Below are positions 1-11,469 of a stretch of DNA of 64,000 nucleotides, piece after piece (the stretch's first letter is position 1; every line of letters begins with the position of its first letter). Source of the stretch: Eledone cirrhosa (taxonomy: Eukaryota); NCBI GenBank assembly GCA_964016885.1, contig OZ024766.1, forward strand, positions 11,160,001-11,224,000, given 5' to 3'. A program made the position numbers and the translations under genes. The notes under the pieces were generated by a model. The model had not been told where the DNA came from. It worked only from the letters and a program-made list of their open reading frames with translations, and ran no database searches.

Positions 1-783
1 TATAATTAATATCATCATCATCTATATATATATATATATATTCATCATCATCATCATCATCATCATTTTACGTCCCGCTTTCCCCTGCCTGCAAGGGTGG
101 GACGGGAACTGATTCTGGCTTGATTTCTACAGCTGGATGCCCTTCCTAACACCAACCTCATTTACAGTGAGTGCCGGGTGCTTTTTTGCCGTGGCACCTC
201 CACGTCCACTTTGCAGTGGAATGATAGGGACCCCAGTCCCTATCATCTCATTTCTACAGCTGAGTAAACTGGAGCAATGTGAAATAAAGTGTCTTGCTCA
301 AGGAAACAACACATCACCCGGTCTGAGAATTGAACTCACAACCTTTCGATTGCAAAGCCAATGCTCTAACCACTAAGCCATGTGTCTCCATATATATCAT
401 CATCATCATCATTTTACGTCCGCTTTTCCCTGCTTGCAAGGGTGGGACGGGAACTGATTCTGGCTTGATTTCTACAGCTGGATGCCCTTCCTAACACCAA
501 CCTCATTTACAGTGAGTGCTGGGTGTTTTTTTGCCGTGGTGCCTCCACGACCACTTTGCAGTGGAATGATATGGACCCCAGTCCCTATCATCTCATTTCT
601 ACAGCTGAGTAAACTGGAGCAATGTGAAATAAATTGTCTTGCTCAAGGAAACAACACATCACCTGGAAGGTAATATCCGTAGTGGTAGAGTTAGATAGAA
701 GTGGTTACCCAACAGTTAGTTCACCAGATTCCTGTTCCTATAACCATACACATCACGAGCTGAAGATCCGCGAAGGTGAAACA

Positions 784-873
<90 letters not shown>

Positions 874-1487
874 ATATATATATATATATATATGTGTGGA
901 GGCACATGGCTTAGTGAATTGCATTGGCCTTGCAATCAAAAGGTTGTGAGTTCAATTCTCAGACCAGGTGATGTGTTGTTTCCTTGAGCAAGACACTTTA
1001 TTTCACATTGCTCCAGTTTACTCAGCTGTAGAAATGAGATGATAGGGACTGGGGTCCCTATCATTCCACAGCAAAGTGGTCGTGGAGGTGCCACGGCAAA
1101 AAAGCACCCAGCACTCACTGTAAATGAGGTTGGTGTTAGGAAGGGCATCCAGCTGTAGAAATCAAGCCAGAATCAGTTCCCGTCCCACCCTTGCAAGCAG
1201 GGAAAAAGCGGACGTGAAATGAAATGATGATGATGATGATGATGATGATATATATATATAACCAAAGATTAATATGGTTCATTGATTACTCAATGAATAT
1301 AGTTTTACAATAGATTTAATAGCAGAAAAGTTTTCTGGGTCGATAAAATAAAGTACCAGTAATGCACTGGGTAATTGCTGGCCTTGTGCCTAAAGTAGAA
1401 ACAATTATTAGTCAGAATAATAATAAATGAAGACATTCACATTATCAAAATATATGTTTTATTATATATATTTTGAAGGTCAATTCT

Positions 1488-1541
1488 CTGCTATATATAT
1501 TTCAGTGACCTCATCATATTGGCTGTGACCTCATCAGGCAG
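1488..1541 (-). ncRNA. Type I hammerhead ribozyme motif
   Basis: CUGC-CUGAUGA-stem II (degraded)-GAAA-UAUAUA-UA-GCAG. Confidence 0.6.
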
Positions 1542-1729
1542 TAAGAATTTAGGCAGAAAAAACGGGAAAATATGATGTTATAATGGGTTCTACTCTGTTA
1601 ATTTATCGATATGTCCAGCTCCTGGATGTGTTGATAGTCCTCAAAGGAACTGGAATTCTTTGAGGGCTAACAACTGAGGGGCCTTTACGAACTAAGTTCA
1701 AATCCCACCCAGGATAACTTTGCCTGTCA

Positions 1730-2272
1730 TCCTTATGGGGTCGATAAAATAAAGTACCAGTAATACACTGGGGTAACTGCTGGCCTTGTGCCTAAAGTAG
1801 AAACAATTATTACAGGGTCGATAAAATAAAGTACCAGTAATACACTGGGGTAATTGCTGGCCTTGTGCCAAAAGTAGAAACAGTTATTACAGGGTTGATA
1901 AAATAAAGTACCAGTAATACACTGGGGTAATTGCTGGCCTTGTGCCAATAATAGAAACAATTATTACAGGGTTGATAAAATAAAGTACCAGTAATACACT
2001 GGGGTAATTGCTGGCCTTGTGCCAAAAGTAGAAACAATTATTACAGGGTTGATAAAATAAAGTACCAGTAATACACTGGGGTAATTGCTGGCCTTGTGCC
2101 AAAAGTAGAAACAATTATTACAGGGTTGATAAAATAAAGTACCAGTAATACACTGGGGTAATTGCTGGCCTTGTGCCTAAAGTAGAAACATTTATTACAG
2201 GGTTGATAAAATAAAGTACCAGTAATACACTGGGGTTATTGCTGGCCTTGTGCCTAAAGTAGAAACAATTGT
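1730..2272 (+). repeat. 77-bp tandem array (~7 units) derived from the SINE B 3' half
   Basis: GATAAAATAAAGTACCAGTAATACACTGGGGTAATTGCTGGCCTTGTGCC recurs at 77-bp spacing. Confidence 0.92.
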
Positions 2273-2291
2273 TACTATCTTACGGACTTAC

Positions 2292-2387
2292 CTGATTGAG
2301 ACCAACATGTACAATTTCAAACTTCTTCTTGTAGTTGACTTTCTTCAGGGTACTGTTGAAGAGCTCCACACCACCACACAGGGTACC
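2292..2387 (-). CDS. IFT172: IFT172 exon 9 (GTLCGGVELFNSTLKKVNYKKKFEIVHVGLNQ); gene continues beyond window start
   Basis: 96 nt; TAG acceptor and GTAAGT donor; conserved GTLCGGVE.F; exons 1-9 total 1005 nt with an open frame. Confidence 0.93.
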
Positions 2388-2420
2388 CTAGAGGGGAGTA
2401 GATATAGGGGTACATTACAG

Positions 2421-3040
2421 CGGTTTGTGTCAGGTAAAAGTACCACAGACGCTCTTTTCCTTGTACGACAACTACAGGAGAAGTACCTATCTAAAAGTAA
2501 ACCTCTATACTTAGCTTTTGTCGACTTGGAGAAAGCCTTTGACAGAGTCCCCCCGCTCCATTATCTGGTGGGCCCTTAGAAAACTAAGTGTTGATGAATG
2601 GCTTGTGAGAGATATACAAGCCATGTATAAAGAAACAGTCAGCAAGGTTAGAATTAACAACGAATATAGTGAAGAATTTAGCGTAAAAGTTGGCGTCCAT
2701 CAGGGCTCTGTTCTCAGCCCCCTACTATTTATTATTGCCCTTCAGGCTATAACAGAGGAGTTCAAGACAGGCTGCCCATGGGAACTCCTATACGCAGATG
2801 ACCTGACACTCATAGCGGAATCAATGGCCGAGCTAGAGAAGAAATTCCAAACATGGAAGCACGGCCTAGAGTCAAAAGGACTTAAAATTGCCCTTCAGGC
2901 TATAACAGGGGAGTTCAAGACCGGCTGCCCATAGGAACTTCTATATGCAGATGATCTAACTCTCATAGCTGAATCGATGGCTGAACTAGAGAAGAAATTC
3001 CAAACATGGAAGCATGGCCTAGAATCAAAAGGCCTTAAAG
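2421..3040 (+). mobile_element. RTE LINE internal RT fragment (frameshifted, with internal duplication of the YADD segment)
   Basis: FVSGKSTTD...FVDLEKAFD...QGSVLSP...YADD, nearly identical to the 12.8-15.9 kb element. Confidence 0.9.
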
Positions 3041-3042
3041 TT

Positions 3043-4221
3043 GTCTTGCTCGTATAGGACTGTCTGGCGGGTTTTCTACGGCTGAATGCCCTTCCTAACA
3101 CCAACCACGTTTACAGTGTGGACTGGGAGGTTTTTACTGTGTTACCTACACGGCCACATTACAGCGTGGACTGTGTGTTTTTTTGTGGTGACACCTACAC
3201 AACCTCATTTATTTAGGACTGGATGTTGTGGTACCAACAAACTTTACATCGAAAGGGGTGGTGTGGATGGGGTGGGAATAGTGGGATGGAGGTGTATTTT
3301 GGTTAAGAGGTGCCTACTGACTGTAGATTTCGCTTTGCACTTAGGCAAGGCGGGTCTTCTCTATTACTGCGTAGCGCCAAAGATCTCAGTCCAGTGACAT
3401 TGTCTTGGAGAGGTGTAAGTGTGTGAGGTCAGAATTTATCAAATCGTCCCATGTTTTTCTGGGTCTGCCTACTCTGTAGCTACCGTCTATTTTGTCGCCC
3501 TGCACTTTTTTATACAGCTGTCGTCTTTCATGCGCATCACGTGACCATACCAACGTAGTCTTCTCTCGAGTAAACAACATCTGATCCCTCTTATTTCTAA
3601 TTTCTCACTTAGTTCATTTATGCTTTGCCGTTCACGTATATTACTATTACACATCCAACGGAGCATGCAAGCTTCGTTCCTCTCTAGTCTGCGCAGATCC
3701 TCTGCACACAATGCCCAAGTCTCACTGCCATGTAACATCGCTGTTCGTATGCATGCATCATACAGTCTGCCTTTCATTTTTAGAGAGAAACCCTTAGCGT
3801 CCAATAGTGGTATAAGCTCTCTGAACTTTTTCCATTGTGTTCTGACTCTAGCTACTGTACTTTCAGAGCACCCTCCACCACTGCTGATTTTGTCACCCAG
3901 GTAACGGAAGGTGTCCATTATTTCTATAGAGCCATCTGGGCAATGGAAGGAGCTAGTATTCTGTGGGCACTTGCTGCTACTTATTGCACCTGAGCACCGG
4001 CCACATATAAAATCTATATTCTTAGTTAGCTTACCTGAGATCCCACTACATCTTTAATGCACCCATACTTTGCATTTGGGACATAAAATGGAGTTTCTGC
4101 CTACTCCTTTCTTACACACTGAGCATGGCCATTTCCCAGAGGGGACCAGTGCCCTATTTCCTTCCTACATACTAGAACTTTAGTCTTAGACAGGTTAATT
4201 TTAAGGCCTTTTGATTCTAGA
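3043..4221 (-). mobile_element. RTE LINE 3' fragment (C-terminal domain and 3' UTR), degenerate
   Basis: ESKGLKINL...FRYLGD...LHGSETW...[11 protein letters not shown], followed by 3' UTR matching 12.4-12.77 kb. Confidence 0.9.
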
Positions 4222-4396
4222 TACATATATATAATTAGAGTAATTAGAGAGACAGAGAGTGACTGTGTGTGAGACAGAGAAAAAGGAAAATAAAAAAGAG
4301 AGAAACCAAGAAGATGATGATGATAATGATGGTGGTGGTTACTATGATTATCATAGTGGAGGTCACACCATGGTGACAAAAGAATGCACTACTTAC

Positions 4397-4520
4397 CACA
4401 AGGACGCGGGAACCGTCAGGCTTCCAGCTGAGGGCAGTGACTGTGTAAAGGTTGGGTATGGTCTTGTTGATAGGGTCCTCCCACTGACCTTTACGAGGGC
4501 TCCAGTTAAGGATCTTCAGT
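4397..4520 (-). CDS. IFT172: IFT172 exon 8 (LKILNWSPRKGQWEDPINKTIPNLYTVTALSWKPDGSRVLV)
   Basis: 124 nt; CAG acceptor and GTAAGT donor; conserved NWSPR..W, NLYT.TAL.WK.DGSR. Confidence 0.95.
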
Positions 4521-4667
4521 CTGGAAATAACAAACAGGGGTCACATATACACACTGTGTTGATATATATATATATATATATATACATGCACATATATATA
4601 TATATAATTATTGAGTAAAATGACAGGAGACAGGACTGGTGAAATTCCTTCAAAGATTTATTTCAGC

Positions 4668-4729
4668 AAACACTATGTATATTTCAGTGGCCAGATTTAG
4701 TAAGATCCTGGTGACATCATCAGGTGTTT
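4668..4729 (-). ncRNA. Type I hammerhead ribozyme motif
   Basis: AAACAC-CUGAUGA-stem II (CCAG/CUGG)-GAAA-UAUACA-UA-GUGUUU. Confidence 0.72.
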
Positions 4730-5037
4730 ATTGCATAATAATTATATAATAAAGGAATAATGGTAAACACAATCCAAGAGGCTAAAAGGAGAGAAAGCAG
4801 ACAGAAACAAAGAGAGACATAGGACTACTGACGGCAGAGGTAAACTCATTTTCCTCATCAAATCAAACTGTTGGGAACAGCGGCCATCTTTGTTGTATGC
4901 CAGACAGAGAGAGAGAGAGAGAGAGCGAGTGAGAGAGAGGTAGAGGCAAACTGACAGAGACAGAGAGAGAGAGACAAACAGACGGATAGAGAGACAGACA
5001 GACAGACAGAGAGACAACAAACATACAAGATATTTAC

Positions 5038-5252
5038 CTGTTAAAACTCCCAAAGATGACAGAGAAGCCACTAGGACTACAGACGGCAGAAGTAAACTCA
5101 TTTTCCTCGTCATCTCGGCTGAAATCAAACTGTTGGGAACAGCGGCCATCTTTGTCGTACGCCACAATCTTTTTATCGCACCCTCCGATTATAACTCCAT
5201 GGCTAGTGTAGGCAATAGCGTATGGTGGTGAGGAATGGTGGCAGAGCAGACC
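5038..5252 (-). CDS. IFT172: IFT172 exon 7 (GLLCHHSSPPYAIAYTSHGVIIGGCDKKIVAY...GSFNR)
   Basis: 215 nt; CAG acceptor and GTAAA donor; conserved PPYA, GCDKKIVAY, Q.FD.SRD..E.EFT.A.CSPSG. Confidence 0.95.
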
Positions 5253-6123
5253 CTGTAACAAGTTTATATGTGTGTATATATATATATATATAGATAGATA
5301 GGTGTATATGTATGTATGTATGTATGTCAGGTCACCAGTTGGTGCTACTGGTAACATGTATCCCAGTACAACCTGTCTCATGGTCGGGTCGTTGGCGACT
5401 AAACTGGCAACCCCACCAAGGTTTCTTGGTGAGGAGGGTGACTTTGGACATCCTGCAGGACTAAAAACAAAACCTGTCAAAGGGCAAAGGAGCTCTTAAG
5501 AGTCAAAGGCCATCCAAAATCACCGGGAGAGATGACCCCTTAGCCTTTGTTAAGGCAGAATTCTAGGGGAAGGAAAACTCTGATATAACACCTGCAACCC
5601 TGATGGTATCCAATGAGGTTGACTTGTTCTTCTTTTTGGTAAATATCATCTTGGTTAAGAGAGTGGGACTGGCTTTGTGCAGTGCCTTTGCTCACTATAA
5701 AAGCTTCACGGCACAGGCATTGCTTTATATCTGGAGATCTCTCTGCACTTGTCGTCAGATGGTACCATGGGCCCAGCACTATGTGTCAATAATTGTCACA
5801 AGTGTAGTGTTTGTACCAGAGTTTTCAAGTCACTGGCTGGACTAAAAAGTCACACTCGTTCAGCGCATCGGTAGGGGTTCTCCTACATGGATATAAAGTA
5901 GTGGCCGTACTCGAAAACGAGTTGGCAGCCACCATATATGTATATATATACACATATAGTAATAATAATAAATTTGAAGATTAAAACCCAAAGAGGGCTT
6001 GATAAGGATAAATATATATCAAATATATAAGAAACCTAGAGCAAATATTTATTAAAATAACAGATTAAAGTTTAAGCAAAGAATCGCTGCTTTCACCCTT
6101 AATGGGATATATATATATATATA

Positions 6124-6320
6124 TAACGAAGGAAATGTGGTAAGGAACCAGGTGGACCATAACGCACCAAAGTACTCAATACTTGAGGTAGTAGAGTGGG
6201 TAATAGGAACCAGTAAGACCCCGACAGCTGAGCTCAAGCCGTTCCGACGGCTAATTCTGGACTCAGTCCAGAATTAGCCGTCGAAACGGCTTGAGCTCAG
6301 CTGTCGGGGTCTTACTGGTT

Positions 6321-6323
<3 letters not shown>
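6124..6323. mobile_element. (TA)n-inserted asymmetric palindromic element, family C; copies at 9733-9925, 57421-57621, 58158-58340, and fragments at 61.2-62.7 kb
   Basis: ~140-bp arm plus a ~60-bp inverted partial copy (TAGGAACC...TCTGGACT/AGTCCAGA...GGTTCCTA), TA-flanked in all copies seen. Confidence 0.75.
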
Positions 6324-6364
<41 letters not shown>

Positions 6365-6390
6365 GAGAGAGAGATCTTCACATTTATTAT

Positions 6391-6468
<78 letters not shown>

Positions 6469-6614
6469 TATACATACACACACACACACACACACATTTA
6501 TATATATACCATATTTTCCGGCGCCGAAGACGCTTCGTCCTCGAGGAGGCACCCTAATTTTGACAACCAAATATTATTAAAAAAAATAATAAATAACCTT
6601 CGGCCTCTAGGACA

Positions 6615-7062
6615 GTCCTTCAGCGATCTGAGGTCTGCTCTCACCACCTTCACCCATGTTTTTTGTGGTCTTCCTCTACTGTGTCTTCCTTCTACTGGCA
6701 TTTCTTGGCACTTCTTCCCCCAGCGGTCATCCTCCATGCACATCACATGTCCATACCATCGCAGTCTTCTCTCCCACACACCACAACTTATCCCTCTCAG
6801 ACCCAGTTTCTCTCTCAACTCGTCTATGCTTGATCGTTCACGCACATTAACACTGCACATCCATCGGAGCATGCTTGCTTCATTTCTCTCCAGCCGTCGC
6901 ATATCCTCTGCAGTTGCTGCCCCTGTCTCACTGCCATGCAGCATCGCACTCCTCACACAGGCATCATATAACCGGCCTTTCATACGCAGGGAGAAGCCCT
7001 TCTTTGTCAACAGAGGAAGCAGCTCCCTAAACTTCTTCCAACCCATCCATACTCTAGATACT
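6615..7062 (-). mobile_element. Divergent RTE subfamily C-terminal fragment
   Basis: [12 protein letters not shown]...LHGSET...RLRWYGHV...GRPQKTW. Confidence 0.85.
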
Positions 7063-7116
7063 ATGAAAGAAACATTTAAACATTTAAACATTTCAAGGAC
7101 ACAGATGTCTACATAC

Positions 7117-7204
7117 CCTCGTTTCTCCAGATCCATCGTCCTCAAATGTGTAACGAACCACAGAGCAATCAGCATGGCCAGACACAAACGCTTTTCCTGA
7201 TGGA
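7117..7204 (-). CDS. IFT172: IFT172 exon 6 ([29 protein letters not shown])
   Basis: 88 nt; AAG acceptor and GTATG donor; conserved SGHAD..VVRY.F.D.GSG; phases match both neighbours. Confidence 0.92.
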
Positions 7205-7829
7205 CTTTCATAGCAAACAATAGAAATGGTAAGACAATGATGATGATGATGATAATAATAATAATAATAATTGTTTCTACTTTAATAATAATAATGAAAT
7301 TATTGTGTACAGTGCTCAGGTGCACTACAACTCATCAAAGGTGCATGTATAGTACATAGAATAATGTACAAATGTCAGGAAAATGAACAGTGTATGAGTC
7401 ATGATATAATAATAATAACAATATAATGAAATATTGTGTACAGTGCCCAGGTGCACCACAACTCATCAAAAAAAAAAAAAAAAGTGCATGTACAGTACAT
7501 AGGGCAATGCACAAACATCAGTAAATTGAACAGTGCACGAGGCACAAGGCCAGCAATTACTGGTACTTTATTTTACCGACCCCGTAAGGATGAAAGGCAA
7601 AGTCAACCTCGGCGGGATTTGAACTCAGACTGTAAAGGGACGTAACTATGCTAGAACGCATGGCGTCCAACCCTCTACCGATACTGCCAATTCACCGCCG
7701 TTTATAATAATAATAATAATAATGATTTCTTTATTGGCCACAAGGGCTGACATCAAGAAAAACATTACAGATGGCACAGGACTGTACAATGTGGGTTTTG
7801 TGCGTGTAAAGATTTTTATTATTTATATA

Positions 7830-8175
7830 AGGCGGCACATGGCTTAGTGGTTAGAGCATTGGCCTTGCAATCGAAAGGTTGTGAGTTCAATTCTCAGACC
7901 GGGTGATGTGTTGTTTCCTTGAGCAAGACACTTTATTTCACATTGCTCCAGTTTACTCATCTGTAGAAATGAGATGATAGGGACTGGGGTCCCTATCATT
8001 CCACTGTAAAGTGGTCGTGGAGGTGCCACAGCAAAAAAGCACCCAGCACTCACTGTAAATGAGGTTGGTGTTAGGAAGGGCATCCAGCTGTAGAAATCAA
8101 GCCAGAATCAGTTCCCATCCCACCCTTGCAAGCAGGGACAAGCGGACATAAAATGATAATGATGATGATGATGAT
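7830..8175 (+). mobile_element. tRNA-derived SINE family A, full copy; others at ~64-390(-), 410-665(-), 900-1245(+), 11840-12368(-), 47295-47652(+), 48265-48480(+)
   Basis: A-box TGGCTTAGTGG; B-box-like GAGTTCAATTC; central TCCTTGAGCAAGACACTT domain; 3' part (GGTTGGTGTTAGGAAGGGCATCCAGC) shared with the RTE 3' UTR; (ATG)n tail. Confidence 0.88.
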
Positions 8176-8189
8176 GATGATAAGAAAAG

Positions 8190-8545
8190 AAAAAAAAAAG
8201 ACATAGAAACATATATATATAAACAATAAAAATGAAAATTGAAACAATGAAAAATTCCCCAGTACGGGGGGAAACCTCCGAGGGTTACTCGTGGCGAAAA
8301 CCACACAAAAGACCACGGCCACCCTGACCACCAGGGCAAGCGCCCCTCTCTCAATTTTTCCATTCCTCAAACTACAGGCGTATATTCAGAGCAGTCCCGT
8401 TCACTCGGACCATTCTCGCTACATTCACCCACCTTTCAACAAACTTGCTAGAGGGCAGCACTTGCCTCTCCACCCTGATTTTACTCTTCAAGTTAATCAG
8501 GAAAAAGTTAATTAGGGATTCGCCGAAGAGGAAAGTGTCTGTCTT
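8190..8545 (-). mobile_element. L1/Tx1-like LINE 3' end fragment
   Basis: PSSKFVERWVNVARMVRVNG matches the C-terminus of the 24-25 kb element. Confidence 0.8.
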
Positions 8546-8549
8546 AATA

Positions 8550-9040
8550 ACAATTGTTTCTACTTTTGGCACAAGGCCAGCAATTACCCCAGTGTATTAC
8601 TGGTACTTTATTTTATCAACCCTGTAATAATTGTTTCTACTTTTGGCACTAGGCCAGCAATTACCCCAGTGTATTACTGGTACTTTATTTTATCAACCCT
8701 GTAATAATTGTTTCTACTTTTGGCACAAGGCCAGCAATTATCCCAGTGTATTACTGGTACTTTATTTTATCAACCCTGTAATAATTGTTTCTACTTTTGG
8801 CACAAGGCCAGCAATTACCCCAGTATATTACTGGTACTTTATTTTATCAACCCTGTAATAATTGTTTCTACGTTTGGCACAAGGCCAGCAATTACCCCAG
8901 TGTATTACTGGTACTTTATTTTATCAAACCCCATAAGGATGAAAGGCAAAGTTAACCTCGGCATGATTTGAACTCAGAACGTAAAGGGACATAACTCTAT
9001 GCTGCAAAGCATGGTGTCTGCTGATTCTGCCAATCCACCA
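8550..9040 (-). repeat. 77-bp tandem array (~5 units) plus SINE B head, inverted relative to the 1.7-2.3 kb array
   Basis: Reverse complement of the same 77-bp unit. Confidence 0.92.
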
Positions 9041-9111
9041 TTAATAAAAATAGTAATAATGGTTTCTAATTTAGGCACAAGGCCAGCAATTGAGGGGGTG
9101 TGGGGCTTGTG

Positions 9112-9378
9112 CCATGTGACCTGGTCATAACATGTGACTCATGATGACCTGCGACCTGCAATATGTGTCATGTGACCTGTGACCTATGATATGTGTCATG
9201 TGACCTATGATATATGTCATGTGACCTATATGTGACATGTGACCTATGATATGACCTGTGACCTATGTTATGTGTCATGTGGCCTACGATATATCATGTG
9301 ACCTGCACCCGAGCCATGTGACCCATGACCTATGATATGTCATGCGACCTGCGACCTACGACATGTGTCATGTGACAT
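9112..9378. repeat. Degenerate short tandem repeat (ATGTGACCT-based) abutting the IFT172 exon 5 donor
   Basis: Repeated TGTGACCTATGATATGTGTCA variants. Confidence 0.8.
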
Positions 9379-9380
9379 AC

Positions 9381-9460
9381 CTGGAGGACAGCGACACCAC
9401 GTAGGAGTTGGTGGCATATATCGTAGACGACTTGTTGCTCTTCATGTTGGCTGCGCGGAC
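9381..9460 (-). CDS. IFT172: IFT172 exon 5 (VRAANMKSNKSSTIYATNSYVVSLSS)
   Basis: 80 nt; CAG acceptor and GTATG donor; conserved NKSSTIY...SYVVSL. Confidence 0.93.
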
Positions 9461-9922
9461 CTGGAAGGAGAAGAGATAGAAAAGATAGAGTAGATGGGGC
9501 CTGAAAGTTTAAGGGTCAGAAGTGATGGGGTGGAGGATAACATTAGATTTAAATCTAACACACACACACACACACACACATATATACACACACATATATA
9601 TATATACATATATATATACACACATGTATAAAGACAAACATACACACACATGTACAGAGGTAAACACACACACAAAGATGGATATATGTGTTTGTATATA
9701 TATATATATATATATATATATACAAACACATATAACGAAGGAAATGTGGTAAGGAACCAGATGGACCATAACGCACCAAAGTACTCAATACTTAGGGTAG
9801 TAGAGTGGGTAATAGGAACGAGTAGGACCCCGACGGCTGAGCTCAAGCCGTTTCGACGGCTAATTCTGGACTGAATTAGCCGTCGAAACAGCTTGAGCTC
9901 AGCCGTCGGGGTCCTACTCGTT

Positions 9923-9973
<51 letters not shown>

Positions 9974-10087
9974 GCACAACCATATATATATGTGTATGTA
10001 TATATATATAATATATATGTGTATGTATATATATATAATATATATATATATAAGAAGAAATTAAAAGATGGTTAAAAAAGTTCCATA

Positions 10088-10158
10088 TATTTTATTATGC
10101 GTATTTCAAAAACAAATATCATCCTGGGACGATTGTTGCGTTCTCATCAGATAAAATA
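10088..10158 (-). ncRNA. Type I hammerhead ribozyme motif
   Basis: UAUUUUAU-CUGAUGA-stem II-GAAA-UACGCA-UA-AUAAAAUA. Confidence 0.68.
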
Positions 10159-10262
10159 AGGTAACATGATATGATGCCTAAAAAACACTTGTGAACAAGA
10201 AAGTGTCCAGTCAACATATGATCTTAACCATCTACTATGTCAGGGTATGTCATGCATCATCT

Positions 10263-10329
10263 TATTTTATCTGATGAGGACGTACTGTTGAAGTTAACTC
10301 AGTACCTCTGAAATATGTATAATAAAATA
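10263..10329 (+). ncRNA. Type I hammerhead ribozyme motif
   Basis: UAUUUUAU-CUGAUGA-GGACGUACUG/CAGUACCUCU-GAAA-UAUGUA-UA-AUAAAAUA. Confidence 0.75.
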
Positions 10330-10466
10330 TACTTGATCACAGGAATATCTATTTTGTTAATATTTTGAATTAATATTAATAACTCCGGAAAACCATTTCT
10401 GTTGAGTGCTTCCAATCTATTGTAAAGCTCATTCTTTGATTTATTCATCGAACCTTGTTTAACCTT

Positions 10467-10505
<39 letters not shown>

Positions 10506-10619
10506 ACATACACACACATGAACAAAGAAAAACAGACACATTACCAAACATGCACATTCACACATACAGAGAAAGACCACACCGGCATAAACAGTTAGCA
10601 ACCAGAAAAGGGAGCTCAC

Positions 10620-10725
10620 CTTTCCATCAACCTGTCCAAAAATTAGGGGCTGGTTGTTCGGCCATACCATCGCAGTGACGGAACTTTGGAGTACAAACTT
10701 GTTACATATAACTTTCTTATCTCCC
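10620..10725 (-). CDS. IFT172: IFT172 exon 4 (GDKKVICNKFVLQSSVTAMVWPNNQPLIFGQVDGK)
   Basis: 106 nt; phase-compatible with exon 3; CAG acceptor and GTGAG donor; conserved GDKKVICNKF. Confidence 0.95.
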
Positions 10726-10949
10726 CTGGATAAAATAGAGGAAGAAAAAGACATTTAGCAACACACATATATATATACATATACATATATATATATATAT
10801 ATATTTTGAGTTTATGTTGGTTGTATACCAACACCTCAGTATGCAGGCTGGAGCACTCGACGAAGTGCGAAGGTTGGTTTGGTTACTCCGGAGTAGTGTA
10901 AAATAAAGTTAAATAAAAGTCAAATGATTAAAATTTAGCTTCGTTTATT

Positions 10950-11004
10950 ACTGCTATATATATTTCAGTGACAGCCATCTTTGGCTGTGACCTCTTCAGG
11001 CAGT
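10950..11004 (-). ncRNA. Type I hammerhead ribozyme motif (the inverted partner at 11279-11333 has a core C>A change)
   Basis: ACUGC-CUGAAGA-GGUCACAGCCA/UGGCUGUCACU-GAAA-UAUAUA-UA-GCAGU. Confidence 0.8.
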
Positions 11005-11129
11005 TTGAATTAGTGTGGTATAGACAAGTACATATGTTGTTGAGGTGTATAACTTTGTCAATACTCTGATATGCCCAGTTCCTGATTGGGTTGTTATTTC
11101 ACTGAGGAACTGGAATCAGTGAAATAATA

Positions 11130-11168
<39 letters not shown>

Positions 11169-11377
11169 ATATATTCCTCAGTGAATTAACAACCCAACAA
11201 GGAACTGGGCATATCAGAGTATTGACAATATTATACACCTCAACAACATATGTACTTGTCTATACCACACTAATTCAAACTGCATGAAGAGGTCACAGCC
11301 AAAGATGGCTGTCACTGAAATATATATAGCAGTAATAAACGAAGCTAAATTTTAATCATTTGACTTTTATTTAACTT

Positions 11378-11426
<49 letters not shown>

Positions 11427-11469
11427 ATAACAGGAGGCTGGACTGGTGTAAAGCCTTGAAAGGTTTATT

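Noticed and set aside
137-376. Recurrent MPFLTPTSFTVSAGC... ORFs resembling a gene family
   Set aside because: Antisense translation of SINE A copies
660-790. Next IFT172 exon
   Set aside because: No frame resembles the expected continuation; exon 10 is probably outside the window
5855-5935. HDV-like ribozyme on the minus strand (GGUGGCU/GGCCACU and ACUCGUU/AACGAGU pairings)
   Set aside because: P1 and P2-like helices exist, but the P3/L3 segment is too short and P1.1 is missing; not supportable without a covariance model search
7830-7905. Functional tRNA gene
   Set aside because: A/B boxes are present but there is no acceptor stem, and the sequence continues into a SINE body found in many copies
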